A stretch of DNA of 59,264 bases, the filler included, from Trypethelium eluteriae (Eukaryota), in assembly GCA_051942245.1 (NCBI GenBank). It is 3 parts of 3 records of this genome, joined end to end, with 100 filler letters (N's around TTAATTAATTAA, not from the genome) between each part and the next. Parts side by side here need not be neighbours in the genome. Positions count along the whole stretch, not along the records: positions 1 to 19,714 come from JAVECL010000519.1; 2 more parts are not named here. One strand, given 5' to 3'. Position 1 is the first letter of the stretch; every line of letters starts with the position of its first letter. Shown here piece after piece: positions 1 through 11,095 of this stretch. Below the pieces are notes generated by a model, which was given only the letters and a program-made list of their open reading frames with translations, was not told the DNA's origin and did not search any database. The position numbers and the translations under genes are program-made.

Positions 1-389
1 GAAGCGTACTGTGTTGCGATGCCGGAACAGCGGGCGAGTACGTTGAGGCCTACGCGCTCGCCGAGGAGTATCTTTCGCGCGGGTCCGCGTACTGTAGCGA
101 CGTGTTTCTTGCCTTCGCCTGCGATCAGCTCCCCCTCTTTCACTAACCACTCTACTTGACAGCCGAGCATTCGGAAGGTCTCGTTGAAGAAAGGTACGCC
201 GGCGACGATTCCGCGCGATTTACATAGGAGGCGGGCTTCTGCAGGTGTGTCGCCGACGACAAAGCCTCCAACGTCGAAAGCGGGTGTATCTTCGGTGAGC
301 CAACTGGTAATGAGGGGCTCAAGAGTTGGAGGGAGGAGATGGGAAGGATCGCCGTGAGAAGGAGCGCCACCAGCCGGCGGCGATGGCAT
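1..389 (-). CDS. BNA6: Quinolinate phosphoribosyltransferase (nicotinate-nucleotide pyrophosphorylase), 5' part; runs off the window edge
   Basis: Manual translation from the ATG at 389 gives MPSPPAGG...LITSWLTEDTPAFDVGGFVVG...ARLLCKSRGIVAGVPFFNETF...VRGPARKILLGERVGLNVLARCSGIAT, the QPRTase N-terminal domain signature (ED-P-FD-GG, GER--LN-L-R-SGIAT). Absent from the ORF track because it is truncated. Possible intron donor GTACGC at about position 9. Confidence 0.93.
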   Translation of the reverse strand, partial: MPSPPAGGAPSHGDPSHLLPPTLEPLITSWLTEDTPAFDVGGFVVGDTPAEARLLCKSRGIVAGVPFFNETFRMLGCQVEWLVKEGELIAGEGKKHVATVRGPARKILLGERVGLNVLARCSGIATQYA

Positions 390-1637
390 TTTTGATAATT
401 AGTTGACCAGTAGCTCGAGCTGGCAGAAGTTTAGATTTGAAAGTCAATGTTGAGCTTGAGAGAAGGGCTAGCAGTCCATTGATGTGAGGAAAATGCCGAA
501 GAGAAATGAAAGTTTTCTGATCCTATTAAAGGTATACAAGGTTTACTTTCTCACCAAGCCAGCACCACGATCTGGTTAATTGAGGCGAAGAAAAAAAAAT
601 ATATATATATTGTTGCCGAGGACGTCAGAAATAACTTTCCAAAAGATTGGAGCTAGTGGCGCAGGTACAAAGCTATCATGATGTGTAGTGAATGACGAGG
701 TCTTGGGCGCCCCGCAAACCTGGGTAACGCTCCCCGCATGGAGTTTCTCCTACGTAAAATGACGAGCAGCGATCCAATGATCCGATGCGAGGTTTCTATT
801 AAGGAATGTTTGGGCAAATCGTCAGCTGTTTTTATAACCAGCCTTCCCACCTTTATTTGGACCTCACTTCTTCGAGCTCAAGACGTCGCAGCTTTGACGT
901 TTCCCCGAGTGGACATGAGCAAAGGAGATCTCCCGTTCTGATACTCAGTTTTGTTAGAGGACATCTCTGACTACGCGCCCTCACGTGTACGTTCAGGGCC
1001 CTCCATGACGATGCAAATTGAGACAGCAGCAAGGAACGATGCCGGACGACGCAGGTTGGAACAAGTTCGATAAATCCGCTCGGACGGGTCGAAAGCACCA
1101 AAAGACGCGAGCCTGGCGAGATGGTATCACTTAGGAGGCCTTAAACGGGCCCTTTATCCTGGACACTGTTCTCTTCTCATAACCAAAGCCTCAAAACGGG
1201 TGAATCACAAAAACTAGATGTTCCGCAGTTTATCGAGTGCTTTTTTGCAAGTCAAAGATCTCTCAGAGCCTTAACCTACACATTCAAGTGGTACGAAAAA
1301 GCATTACTTGATTGGAGCCCCTTCACATGATTGGTCAGATTCGGGATTGATAAGGGGCAGCCAGCCAAACCCCACGCTCGGAGTACCACCAATATCAGCA
1401 CTCATTAAATCCATCCAGCATAAGATGTTCAGTTTCATGGACTTGTTGAGCAATGCAATGGTTGGATTCGAGGAATTCCAAATACCTGATTTGCAATGGA
1501 TATCAGTAGGAGTTGAGCCCAAAAGAAAACAAGCGTTGCTTGCAGAATAATATTTAAATTCGGTATCGACGAGATCTCAATCGCTGAGCTCCACCCGCAA
1601 TGGAGTAAACGATTTAGCCAAAAATATGTGGAGACTA

Positions 1638-2431
1638 CCGCGGAGAAAGATGGACCTTTAAATCTTCTTATCCTGTGCCTTTGAAACTGTGGATCTGGAC
1701 CAGGATGCACTTGATAAGCAGCTGGCTTCAACGCGGCTGACTGCCGAGAGATAAGCAATCGATGTCTAGGGTATGCACGTAACAAAGCTCCTGGGTATTT
1801 CGGCATGCGCCATGCTGTCATGAGATACCAGCCTTTTTCTTTGGGACCTCCTCCGACACGGATTTGACCGGACCTGGCTGTACCCAAACTACCTGACTGT
1901 CTGTCCAAGAAATCTTCCCCAAAACCCCTCGGTTCGCACCTACGTCGCATTGCTTGTAGGGTCTTCCAGGCTTGCATACTTTTGACATCTCCGCGCAAAG
2001 TTTTGCCTGGAACGCTCCGCTTCAGGGAGGCAAACATTCGAGACCTTGAGCTAAGATTCTGCAAGTCAACCGCTGCCACGCTACAGACTCACTTGGACAC
2101 CATTCTGGGCAACACTCACTACCTTATCGGGCACGAATTGGGTCATGCAGCCTAGCCTTGACCTGCATGGCAAGCAAGCGATGCGCCGCTGAAACCAAGA
2201 TCTCCACAGGGATCGATCCGCGGATATCCTTTGATTGGGCATTTGCACACATTGATTGTAAAGGCACCGGAGAAGCATCATCATAGCACTGCTTCTACTA
2301 GTCCCATCTTCCGTATAAGAAAGTGACATCTCCAAGCTCTACAGGGCTGCCGTTCCATTTCGAGTAACTTCACTTATCTGGCCATCAGACCAAACTGTGC
2401 ATCACAAGTCAACATTCACCAAAGACTATCA
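1638..2431 (+). promoter_or_regulatory. Nitrate-induction and nitrogen-repression promoter module (NirA/NIT4 sites plus AreA/NIT2 GATA sites)
   Basis: CTCCGCGG on the minus strand at 1638-1645 fits the NirA consensus CTCCGHGG. TCCGCGGA at 2217-2224 is the NIT4 octamer. HGATAR/YTATCD sites occur at about 1667, 1713, 1750, 2123, 2373 and 2426. All lie upstream of a nitrate transporter. Confidence 0.65.
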
Positions 2432-2474
2432 AAGCGTATCGAGTAAAGAGTGCTACATGAAAAGTAGTGTCAAC

Positions 2475-4151
2475 ATGTCGGGCATCTCCTTGCTCTGGGC
2501 TGCCCCAGAAGTCAATCCCATCAACCACAAAGCTCGCTCCATTCCGGTATTAAATCCTTTCAATGTGTATGGCAGAGTCTGGTGGTTTGCCTGGTTTGGT
2601 TTCTTCATTGCGTTCTGGTCCTGGTAAGCCTCTCCCGTTGAGGAAATGGCGCCCAAAGCCTGCATATGCACGACCGTCGGTACTGACAAAGCTTGCTCTA
2701 GGTACGCGTTTCCTCCGCTGCTACAGGATGTAATTGCAAAGGACATTGGGTTAAACTCCACGCAACTTGCCAACTCAAACATCGTTGCTCTTCTGGCAAC
2801 GTAAGTCAAACTCGTTCAACGCCTGACCTCTTCATCAACTAATATCACTAGTCTTCTTGTTCGTCTAGTAGCTGGCCCTTGTTGCGATCGATTTGGACCT
2901 CGGTACACATTTGCAGGATGTCTCCTCGCTGGAGCCATTCCTACCTTCTGTGCTGGAGGAGTGAAGAATCCCTCGGGTCTTTTGGCTTTGCGATTCTTCA
3001 TTGGCATTCTGGGCGGCTCGTTCGTTCCATGCCAGGTCTGGACTACTGGATTCTTTGACAAGAATGTCGTGGGCACAGCCAACGCCTTGACTGGTGGATT
3101 TGGTAATGCAGGTGGCGGGGTGACATACTTTGTCATGCCTGCAGTCTATCGATCCCTTGTCAAGAATGGCCTCACGAGCCATGTCGCATGGAGAGTATCC
3201 TTTGTCGTTCCCGGCATTCTCATCCTTGCCACTACCCTTTTCATGGTGCTGCTCTGTCCAGACACGCCCGTCGGAAAGTGGTCTGATCGTGTGCAAGCCG
3301 CCGAGAGCAACCTACGTCAACACACGGTTTCCGACGGTCCCGTCGTCGATGTTGCTGGGGAGCTCACCGCTGAAAAGAACAGATCCAATGCTGGCTCAGA
3401 CTCCACCGAACGGGTCTCGGACGAAGAAAAGAAACTTGGAGAAACACGTGGCGTCTTCGACGATCACGAGATCCAGATGGGTGAGCAGCAAATGGTTGAC
3501 ATCGCTCGTGGCGAAGTCATCCAGAAGCCGTCAACCAAGGAGATGCTCCACGTTTTCGCGAGCGCCAGCACCTTCGTCACTGCTGCTTGCTATTTCTGCA
3601 GCTTCGGCTCCGAGCTCGCTATCAACAGTATCCTTGGCAACTACTATGCCAAGAATTTCCCCAAATTAGGTCTTCAGAATCAAGGCAATTGGGCCGCTAT
3701 GTTCGGTCTTCTCAATGTTGTCTGCCGTCCACTCGGTGGATTCATTGCCGATGTCGCATACCGCAGAACCGGAAGCGTTTGGGCCAAGAAGGTTCTCCTG
3801 CACACTTACGGTGTCATCTTTGGAGCCTTTCTTGTTGCCATTGGTGCCACGGACCCCCATAGTGAGAGCACTTTGTTTGGTCTCATCGCTGGTGCCGCCT
3901 TTTTTCTCGAGGGCGCCAACGGGCTGAACTACGCACTAGTACCTCATGTTCATCCATACGCGAATGGTGTCATTTCAGGCTTCACAGGCGCGTCGGGCAA
4001 CTTTGGTGGTATCATCTTTGCCATCATCTTCAGGTACAACGTCAAGAATTATGCGAGGAGCTTCTGGATCATCGGAGTCATCGCTATGGTGATGAATGTA
4101 GCCGTCTGCTGGATCAGGCCAGTGCCTAAGGGCCAGATTGGTGGGAGATAA
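2475..4151 (+). CDS. crnA: High-affinity nitrate transporter (NRT2/CrnA, MFS nitrate-nitrite porter)
   Basis: Exons 2475-2623, 2702-2800 and 2852-4151 with GT..AG introns. Motifs [36 protein letters not shown], the nitrate signature [14 protein letters not shown], and [12 protein letters not shown]. Confidence 0.95.
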
Positions 4152-4330
4152 TTTTACTCTCTCAACGGTGGCATTCTCGCCCGACTATAGAATGGAGGGA
4201 AAGGGAATTTTTGCCTGTATTTATTCTGAGATATCCGAAATTTTAAGTCCATATATGCACGATGTCATGGATAGAAAAATTGAGCGCGTTTGAAAGCCGA
4301 CCGAGTTCAAAGTACAAGAACGGCGTTGAT

Positions 4331-4396
4331 GTAATTAATTACTGCGTCGACCTGATCAGGGCTAGCGCTAGCCCTCAGATATTTCGATTCTGAGGG
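4331..4396. repeat. Cluster of abutting palindromes and an inverted repeat
   Basis: GTAATTAATTAC (4331-4342), GTCGAC (4346-4351), CCTGATCAGG (4351-4360), the perfect 18-bp AGGGCTAGCGCTAGCCCT (4358-4375), and the hairpin CCCTCAGA..TCTGAGGG (4372-4396). Confidence 0.85.
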
Positions 4397-4512
4397 TTTG
4401 CACGTCGTGATTAACTTAGTCTTATCAATTCCGAGAGCTGGTTATGATCTTCTTGACGACTTTTCGGATGGCGGCTTTGGCTGCAGGACACAGGAGTAAA
4501 GCGCTTAGAATA

Positions 4513-5061
4513 TATAAGCTGGTCGCAACAGTCAAAAGGAACCACTCGCCCTTCGGACTCGCAAACTCACGAATCTCTCCCACTCTCCCTCGTTCGTGGC
4601 TACTGGATGTTCCACGAAGGCAACAACGGTTGCCACAGCTAAGGTACTGTCGCAGGCGTCAAACTTGATGGAGTCTACGTTTTCGCTGCCGCCCATAAGG
4701 TCACCTTCATTAAGGGATACACCTCTCTCGTCGGTGCTTTAGAGGGGCTGGGTCATGGCAAGCGGCCAAAGTGTGCTCTCGTCTGTCCATGGCCTGGGCA
4801 TCAACCGCGTCCTCGAATTCGAAATCGTCGCCCCTGATGGAGCCTTATGCATCGTCAACACCTGCCAAAATGCGAATCTCTTTTAGGCACTCCATGGCGG
4901 CGGCTGTGACACCTTCGGCGTCGTCTCTCGACCACGCACGAAGTAGAACCCGTCATGCGTCTCACCGTCGCTTACCTCAGTTTCACCCCGATACCCATCA
5001 ACGCCCTTTCCTTCCTCTCCCTCTTGGTCAACGAGTCCCTCAACTGGGGCCCTGAGGGCTG
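4513..5061 (+). pseudogene. FAD-linked (PCMH / berberine-bridge-like) oxidoreductase pseudogene, FAD-binding half, 5'-truncated
   Basis: Piecewise translation: AGRNSQKEPLALRTRKL..FVATGC / AGVKLDGVYVFAAAHKVTFIKGYTSLVGA / WVMASGQSVLSSVHGLGINRVLEFEIVAPDG..NTCQNANLF*ALHGGGCDTFGVV / LLVNESLNWGPEG*. This matches GRS..SLALW, GGW..GGGHS..GLG.DRVLEF.IV.PDG and DLFWALRGGGG.TFGVV. There is a stop at 4884-4886 in place of Trp and several frameshifts. Confidence 0.88.
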
Positions 5062-8000
5062 ACACTCCGTAAAGCCGAATTTGACACCGTAGGTTTGGAA
5101 GCGTCCTGCTGATTCGCTTCGATTTTGCGACGAAGAAGCCAAATCTTTTTCCAGCGCTCGATGAATATCACAGCCCGTTCCAAAGAATCTATATCCCACT
5201 GTTTCCCGAGTTCGGTAAGCCAACGCTTCCTTTTCATGACTTCTGACCCGACTTTCACGCTCTCAGGATCCTGGGCTCGCCAAGCCTTTTCATCAAATTT
5301 TGGGATGTGAAGATGCTTGTGGTCTTGGTGACAAGTGAGAACATCCAATTGGCCGGCTTTGAGCTTCTCGTAGCACTGCTGGTCAAATTGAGTTTCGAAA
5401 CAATCCCTGCAGGTCCATATGTCGTCTGCATAGCTCCAATTCCGGTCACATCCTCCGTTGCAACTGAAGTAGGATTGTCCCTTCAATTTCGGAGGACGAG
5501 AATCGACAGGTATGGCTGCCGAGGAGACATCAGGAATTGTTCCTTGCTCAATGGTTGAATTAGGGTCATGGGAGGTATTTCCATCTAGCTCGTCGCCGTT
5601 TGCTAAATTTGAGGCTGTCTGCGCTTCGGAAGATGAATTCATGCTATCCTCAGTATATTTTGCGTCTGTCTTTGCGACCCTCTCCACTTTATCTTCCCTT
5701 AAAGGCTCCAAGAGAGACCAGGCAGCGAGAGCGTTGATATCATCGTCCAGGACGGGTAATATCAGCGCGAGCTGTTCATACCCCTCAGCAGCAGTTCTGT
5801 CTTCTTTGCCGAGATGTATCGCTTTGCGCACAAGTGGTCGAAGCACTTTGTGGGCTTTGTCATCATCTCCTGCTAGATGATAGCAACGGCCAAGGATCAA
5901 TCGCACGTCTTTCCACCAAAAGCGTGCCGCCATGTCGGACGTATCGCTGCTCAATCCACTCAACCGGTCAAGGTGTAATTGCGATTCGGTGGGATTCCCG
6001 CGAGCCTGCATTGCCATAGTTCGTAGTGCGTGGGCCAGTTCTTTGACCGCGCTACGCCTAGTGAAACCGCTCCATTCTTTGTTCTCATCTTTCGTGATAC
6101 GTATAATTGATTCCATTTCGTTAAGGCAAGAGCCTCGGATATCGAGAGGGCCGCAGAACCATCTCAGCCTCCATCGACAAAATCGCAGATGAAGGGAAGC
6201 ACCAGACGCCTCCAAAGCCAAATTATTTTCCCTTACACTGTCATACAATATATCCATCTCGCTGAACAACTGCAAGGTGTGAGCGAGCACGACCATGTGG
6301 TTATGCATGTCGCTGTACGGCTTCTGAAGTGTTTTCATAAGCCAACTTTGTCCATCTTGCATATTTCTGTTCAGTCTGTGCAGTATTTCCAGCGCATCGC
6401 TAATGCTACCCTGCTTATTTAATGCACCAACGAGAGCACATACATGGTCTTCAGCCGTCTCGGAAAACGATTTGATCTCGAGCGCGTGATCGAAGGTGCG
6501 CCAGTACCACGTTGCTGCAGTGCTGAATTGCGCCAATCGCAAGTGGCAGTCGCCCATAGTCCCCACGAGGCTATCCCAGTAAGCCTTTTCATATTTTTCG
6601 TCTTTTCCAAGGAGAGAATCATGGCTGCTCATAATCGCTTCGAGTTGTTCGATACAGGCACGGTCTTCTCTCAAGCTATAAAGGATTGTTGCTCTGAGCA
6701 TCTGGGCTTGCCATAGATTTTGATCGAACTTTACCGCTTGATCGCATCGAGCGCATGCAATTGCAAGGAATTCATCGCTGCGATGACGTTCAGCAAACAT
6801 CTGCGACACGTTATAGACTGAGGCCATGCGGAAATAAAACCAGGCATCGTCGGTTTGCCGTTGGAGCTCTGTAAGAGCCCATTTCTCCCAGTCTTGAATC
6901 TCCTGGACAGAGGCATCATCGTACGAGGAGGCCTGTGCGTAAAGATCGGCGTGTGGTCCTGCCTGTTCGAAATTATTTAGCGTCGAAAAGTAAGCCTGTT
7001 CCATTGCAATACCTTCTGAAAGTAGCCACGGAGCCAATAGACGACTCGCCACGGCCAATCATCGTCATCTTTGTACCAGCGCTGCAGTATACAGCGAGCT
7101 ACGTGCTGGAGCACTTTTTCCTTTGCGACTTTGCCAGACGTAACTTCTGTAACCCATTCTATGTCAGTCGACACTGCAAGGATGCTCTTCCTCACATCCG
7201 GATCTTTCATCCAGTTGACAACAGTTTCGCAAAACACATTACCGTCACAGAACCAGTCTATCATGGACATGATTTCATCAGTATTAGCCCAAACATCGAT
7301 CACAGTGTCTTCGCGAAGCATTCGAAATAGCCGTTGGCCGATGTTTTGCTTCAAGTTGGAGTCAACCTGATCTAAATTGACATCGACAATATGTTTGTCA
7401 AAGTATCTGCTCGCGTATTGGCGAAGCGCCTGGTGCTTTTCCGAATCATAAAAATCGCATACGGCTGTCACGCAGGCTTCGAGGACCCGTACTGCGTTCT
7501 CTTCGCTCGGGTCTAGGTGCACCAAGTCGATCTCTGCGTTTCGCTTCTCCTCAAAGAATCTTTTGAAATCGAACTTGTCGTAGATGTCAAGATCGCCAAA
7601 AACTCGCTGGAAATTGGTTTGCAGCACTGCTTGGATCAGTCTGATCTCATCTTCTGACACAGTCAATCGCCTATCGTCAGATTCCCGAAGGGAGCGCTCG
7701 GCATCGGGCGCAAATCTGACTTCCTCGTCCTTACTGATATCGACCAAGCTGGAGCAGTTCTTCTTCAAATACTCGACCGGTTTGAGTAGTCCAGATTCTC
7801 CAAAGGTCATGGAAAGCGCAGAGCTCAATAAAGAGGCATCGGGAGGTGATCTTGCTGTTGCTATCCACATAAAAATAGTATTGAGCTGCTTGATGTACTG
7901 ACCCCCCAGACGCTCGTTGAGTGCGTTAATCTCACGTTTTATAGCCTGCGCGCTGTCCTCGTCGACTCTATTTAAGACGTCCTCGACCTGCGTCAAATCG

Positions 8001-9835
8001 TCGCTAACCTCGATATCATAGAGTATGCGATTGATGGTGTTGTAGTTGCCACGAGCTGCGGCAAGAAGCCGCTCTAGTATCTTTGCCCTCAAAGCTTCCT
8101 GCTCGGATGGAAGCATACCATGAAAGATCCTGATCATATCAAGACGACTAGTGACGAACTGCTTGATGTCTCCGTGTTGCTTGAGTTCCTCTGAGGGCGT
8201 GTTCTTCGACGGCAGTGGGTCGATTGAAGGAAGTGCCAGGTTAGGAATGCCTCGCATACTTTCGAAGCCTTCGCTATCACCGGTCAAGAAGAGTCGGATA
8301 CGGAGATCCTCTGAATTATTTTGTCTTGACATTATTGAATCAACCACATCCCGAAGCGGTCCTCTGTCGTCGGGGTCAAGACGGTTGACTCCATCCAAAA
8401 CGATAAAGAATGTGACACCAGGTCGCTTTTTAGAATAATCAGCAACTAGCTGCTTCCAAATAACTGATGTATCTTGATGGTCGGTCATATTGTATCCTTT
8501 GCAGACTGCATGCAGAAATTGCAAGTATGCTTGGTCCTTTGCAAGTTGCCAGATAAGGTAGCGGAAAGCTTGGTTGACAGCATTGCGCTTTGGCTCTTTT
8601 GGGATATCGTACCATGCAACACGCATATTGAGTTGTTTCGCTTCACTTCGGCTCTCACCGTTTAAGTAGTCAACAACCGCATGGCTGAGATAGCTTTTAC
8701 CATAACCCTCGGGTCCTTGGATGCTGAACACATTATATGTATTGTCTGTTGATTTACAGATACGGACGTCTTTCCAATGCTGGAAGTCATTGTACTCGAA
8801 GAGCCATTGCCCAGTGCCGGCCGTTCGATTGGAGAAGTCACCGTGAGTCTGCAGAACACTTTCCATCTCTCCCGATTTAATGTTGAGGGCGTTCATAACG
8901 GTATTCTTGGTCTTGTTGTCGCCATCACTGATTCGTAGCTGCTCCAACGTCGTACTGTTTTGCCCTTGTATTACAGAGTTCTCTTGCAATAAAGCAACGC
9001 TTTCCTGCATGGTAGTATTCATGGCGTGCACTTCAATGCTCAAGCTACAAATCCTTCTAGCCGCGTCGCTCATGCCTCTATGAATCTCGTCAATCTGAAC
9101 TTTGGATACTTCTGCGATCAGATTCTCAAACTTGGCCATCGCATCCTGAATGCCGCTGTCGTCACCAAAAGCTCCAACCTTAACAGCCACTTTCACCCTG
9201 GCTTTCATTGACTCGAATTTTCCTGTGAGACCGTGAGGTTCCTCAATTCCCCTCCAGCTATGTGTCAATTGGTAAGATTTGGCCATGATAGTAATGAAGT
9301 GCTCCAAGACTCGATAGACGCTGCGCCGCAGGTTTTTGTCCAACTTCACGTCGACATCCTTCTGGTCACAGTACATCCCAAGCCGCTCAAGGAACACACC
9401 GAGCCGGTCCATCAGCGCGGTCAAATTATCAAAGACCGTTTGTGTTTCTTGTGAGACCTTTATCAGGAAGCTCACAGCATTAAACACCTGATTACTCGGA
9501 CCAAAAACCTATGACAAAAGTGAGGACCTTGTCCACAAATGTGCATCGGACTTGAAGAAACATACCACGCTCGCGCCTTGTGCAATCATGGAGCCGAAAC
9601 TATCAATAAATTTAAGCGTTTTGCTAAAGATGGCCTTGGCCGTGGTTTTGGTAGCCGAGTCAGCCTTGGGTGGATTGATCATAGCAGTGATCTGTTCTAT
9701 CGAAGGCGCTTGGCCCGGATCGAGAGGTATATTGAAGCTTGCCTCATTTCCTAGACGGGCCATGAGTTTATTCCATGCCTGCTCCAAGTCCTCTTCCTCC
9801 GAGAATGGGCTCGAGATCGTGGCTTCTGTAACCAT
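5040..9835 (-). CDS. Fungal NLR-like STAND protein: Goodbye-like N-terminus, NACHT NTPase, TPR-like repeats and C-terminal ZZ-like zinc finger (~1560 aa)
   Basis: Exons 9835-9566, 9508-7013 and 6962-5040; introns 9509-9565 and 6963-7012 are GT..AG and keep the frame. Spliced QGASV|VFGPSNQVFNAVSFLI is Goodbye-like. Also pre-NACHT GTGQWL, Walker A GPEGYGKS, Walker B FIVLDGV, helical repeats, and the Cys/His cluster CNGGC..CRDC..C..CHQDHKH. Confidence 0.88.
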
Positions 9836-10171
9836 ATTGAGCGCGCGTTGCACCTACTGATCGACCAGAGCAGTGAAAGGGCCTTCCAGCAGCTTGAATA
9901 AAGGGACTGCGCAGGATGTTTGCATGTCGTTAAGCATAGCAACAGATTCGCGACTGCCACACTTATATGTTATTCATAGTCAGGGACTGAGATACGCCAT
10001 GCAGGAGCAGGGGCCATAAAGAGTCGTGAGTGGTGGCTTCCAGAGGCCGCGCATGCAGGCTGCACTGAAATTGGCGTATCTCCCGACGAACGAAGTTTCG
10101 AGAGCCCAGCAGCACCTGTAGAGAGGTATCTCTGCACCTAGCCAATTTCTGTCCCGAGCGAATGAAGTCGA

Positions 10172-10690
10172 ACCCAAACCGCCACCGTTGGGACCAAGCG
10201 CTTCCCTATCACTCCCCTCGTCCCACTCTCGCTCGTCGCCATCGCCATGGGTCGCGCGCGTCTGATGTCGTGTCTGACCGGCCTGGTCTCCGCAGGCCTG
10301 AGGCCGTGCTTCCCTGTCGTGGCGCCGAAGCTATGTCACCCGGAGACGGGGGCGAACGCGACGTCTGCGACTCCGGCGTGGAGGAAGGACTACCTTAGGT
10401 ACAGGGAGCTGGGTGGAGCGGTGGGGTTGGCGTAGCATTCGTTGGCGGAGGAGAGGAGGACGGCCGCGGGGCAGCTGAAGAATTTGACGGCGGGGTTGCA
10501 AGCCTTGATGCCGGAGAGCGGGGCGTACATGAACGAGGCGAACCCGCGGACGGAGGGATGGCAGGAGCTATGGTGGGGTGAGGAGAATCATGCGAGGTTG
10601 GTAGAGGTGAAGAGGAGGTATCATCCAGTTGGGTTATTGTCGTGTTGGAAGTGTGTTGGGTTTGTGAGGTTTGTGGGGAGTTTGCGTGCC
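10172..10690 (+). pseudogene. Berberine-bridge-like oxidoreductase pseudogene, C-terminal half (BBE domain)
   Basis: One frame reads QTATVG...LVPLSL...TSATPAWR...(stop 10433-10435)...PESGAYMNEANP..WQELWWGEENHARLVEVKRRYHPVGLLSCWKCVG, the BBE C-terminal signature (GAY.NE, WG.NY.RL..K..YDP) with degenerate positions. Same strand as, and collinear with, the 4513-5061 fragment. Confidence 0.88.
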
Positions 10691-11095
10691 CGGAGGATTT
10701 GGCTCAGGGATAGCATTAGTACTACTTAGGCATTGGTCGATCAAGTCAGGTGTACAGGAGAAAGTCATTGTTTGCAGACTCAGCACAATGAAATCGTTCT
10801 GATTAGGATTCATACGGAGACTATGGAGCATAACTACTCAGACTTATTGAAAGAAAGAGAGAAGTCCCGATCTAAGACATCGCAGACTCAAGAGGTAAAA
10901 CGATACCATAGTCGGGAAAAGCGCCACCCAAATGCAACCACGTTCTATGCCAAAAGCAATGGTGCTGCTTTTTGTAAATCCGTCTAGTCAGTGATGCCCA
11001 CCCCTATCCCATCAAACAATCAACGCTGAAACGACGAACAATATGTCCACACAGCCTTGCCGAGCAGAAAAGGAGGGAAGTTTGGATGGAAAGAA

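Noticed and set aside
1435..2079. 214-aa minus-strand ORF
   Set aside because: GTG start and no recognisable motif; it lies in the nitrate transporter promoter.
4513..5061. RIP as the cause of oxidase decay (TGG>TAG/TGA changes)
   Set aside because: The fragments remain GC-rich and include frameshifts and apparent non-RIP substitutions; neutral decay is sufficient.
5062..10171. Transposon, Helitron or Starship boundaries around the NLR insert
   Set aside because: No TIR, TSD, CTRR/hairpin end, transposase or tyrosine recombinase could be identified by eye.
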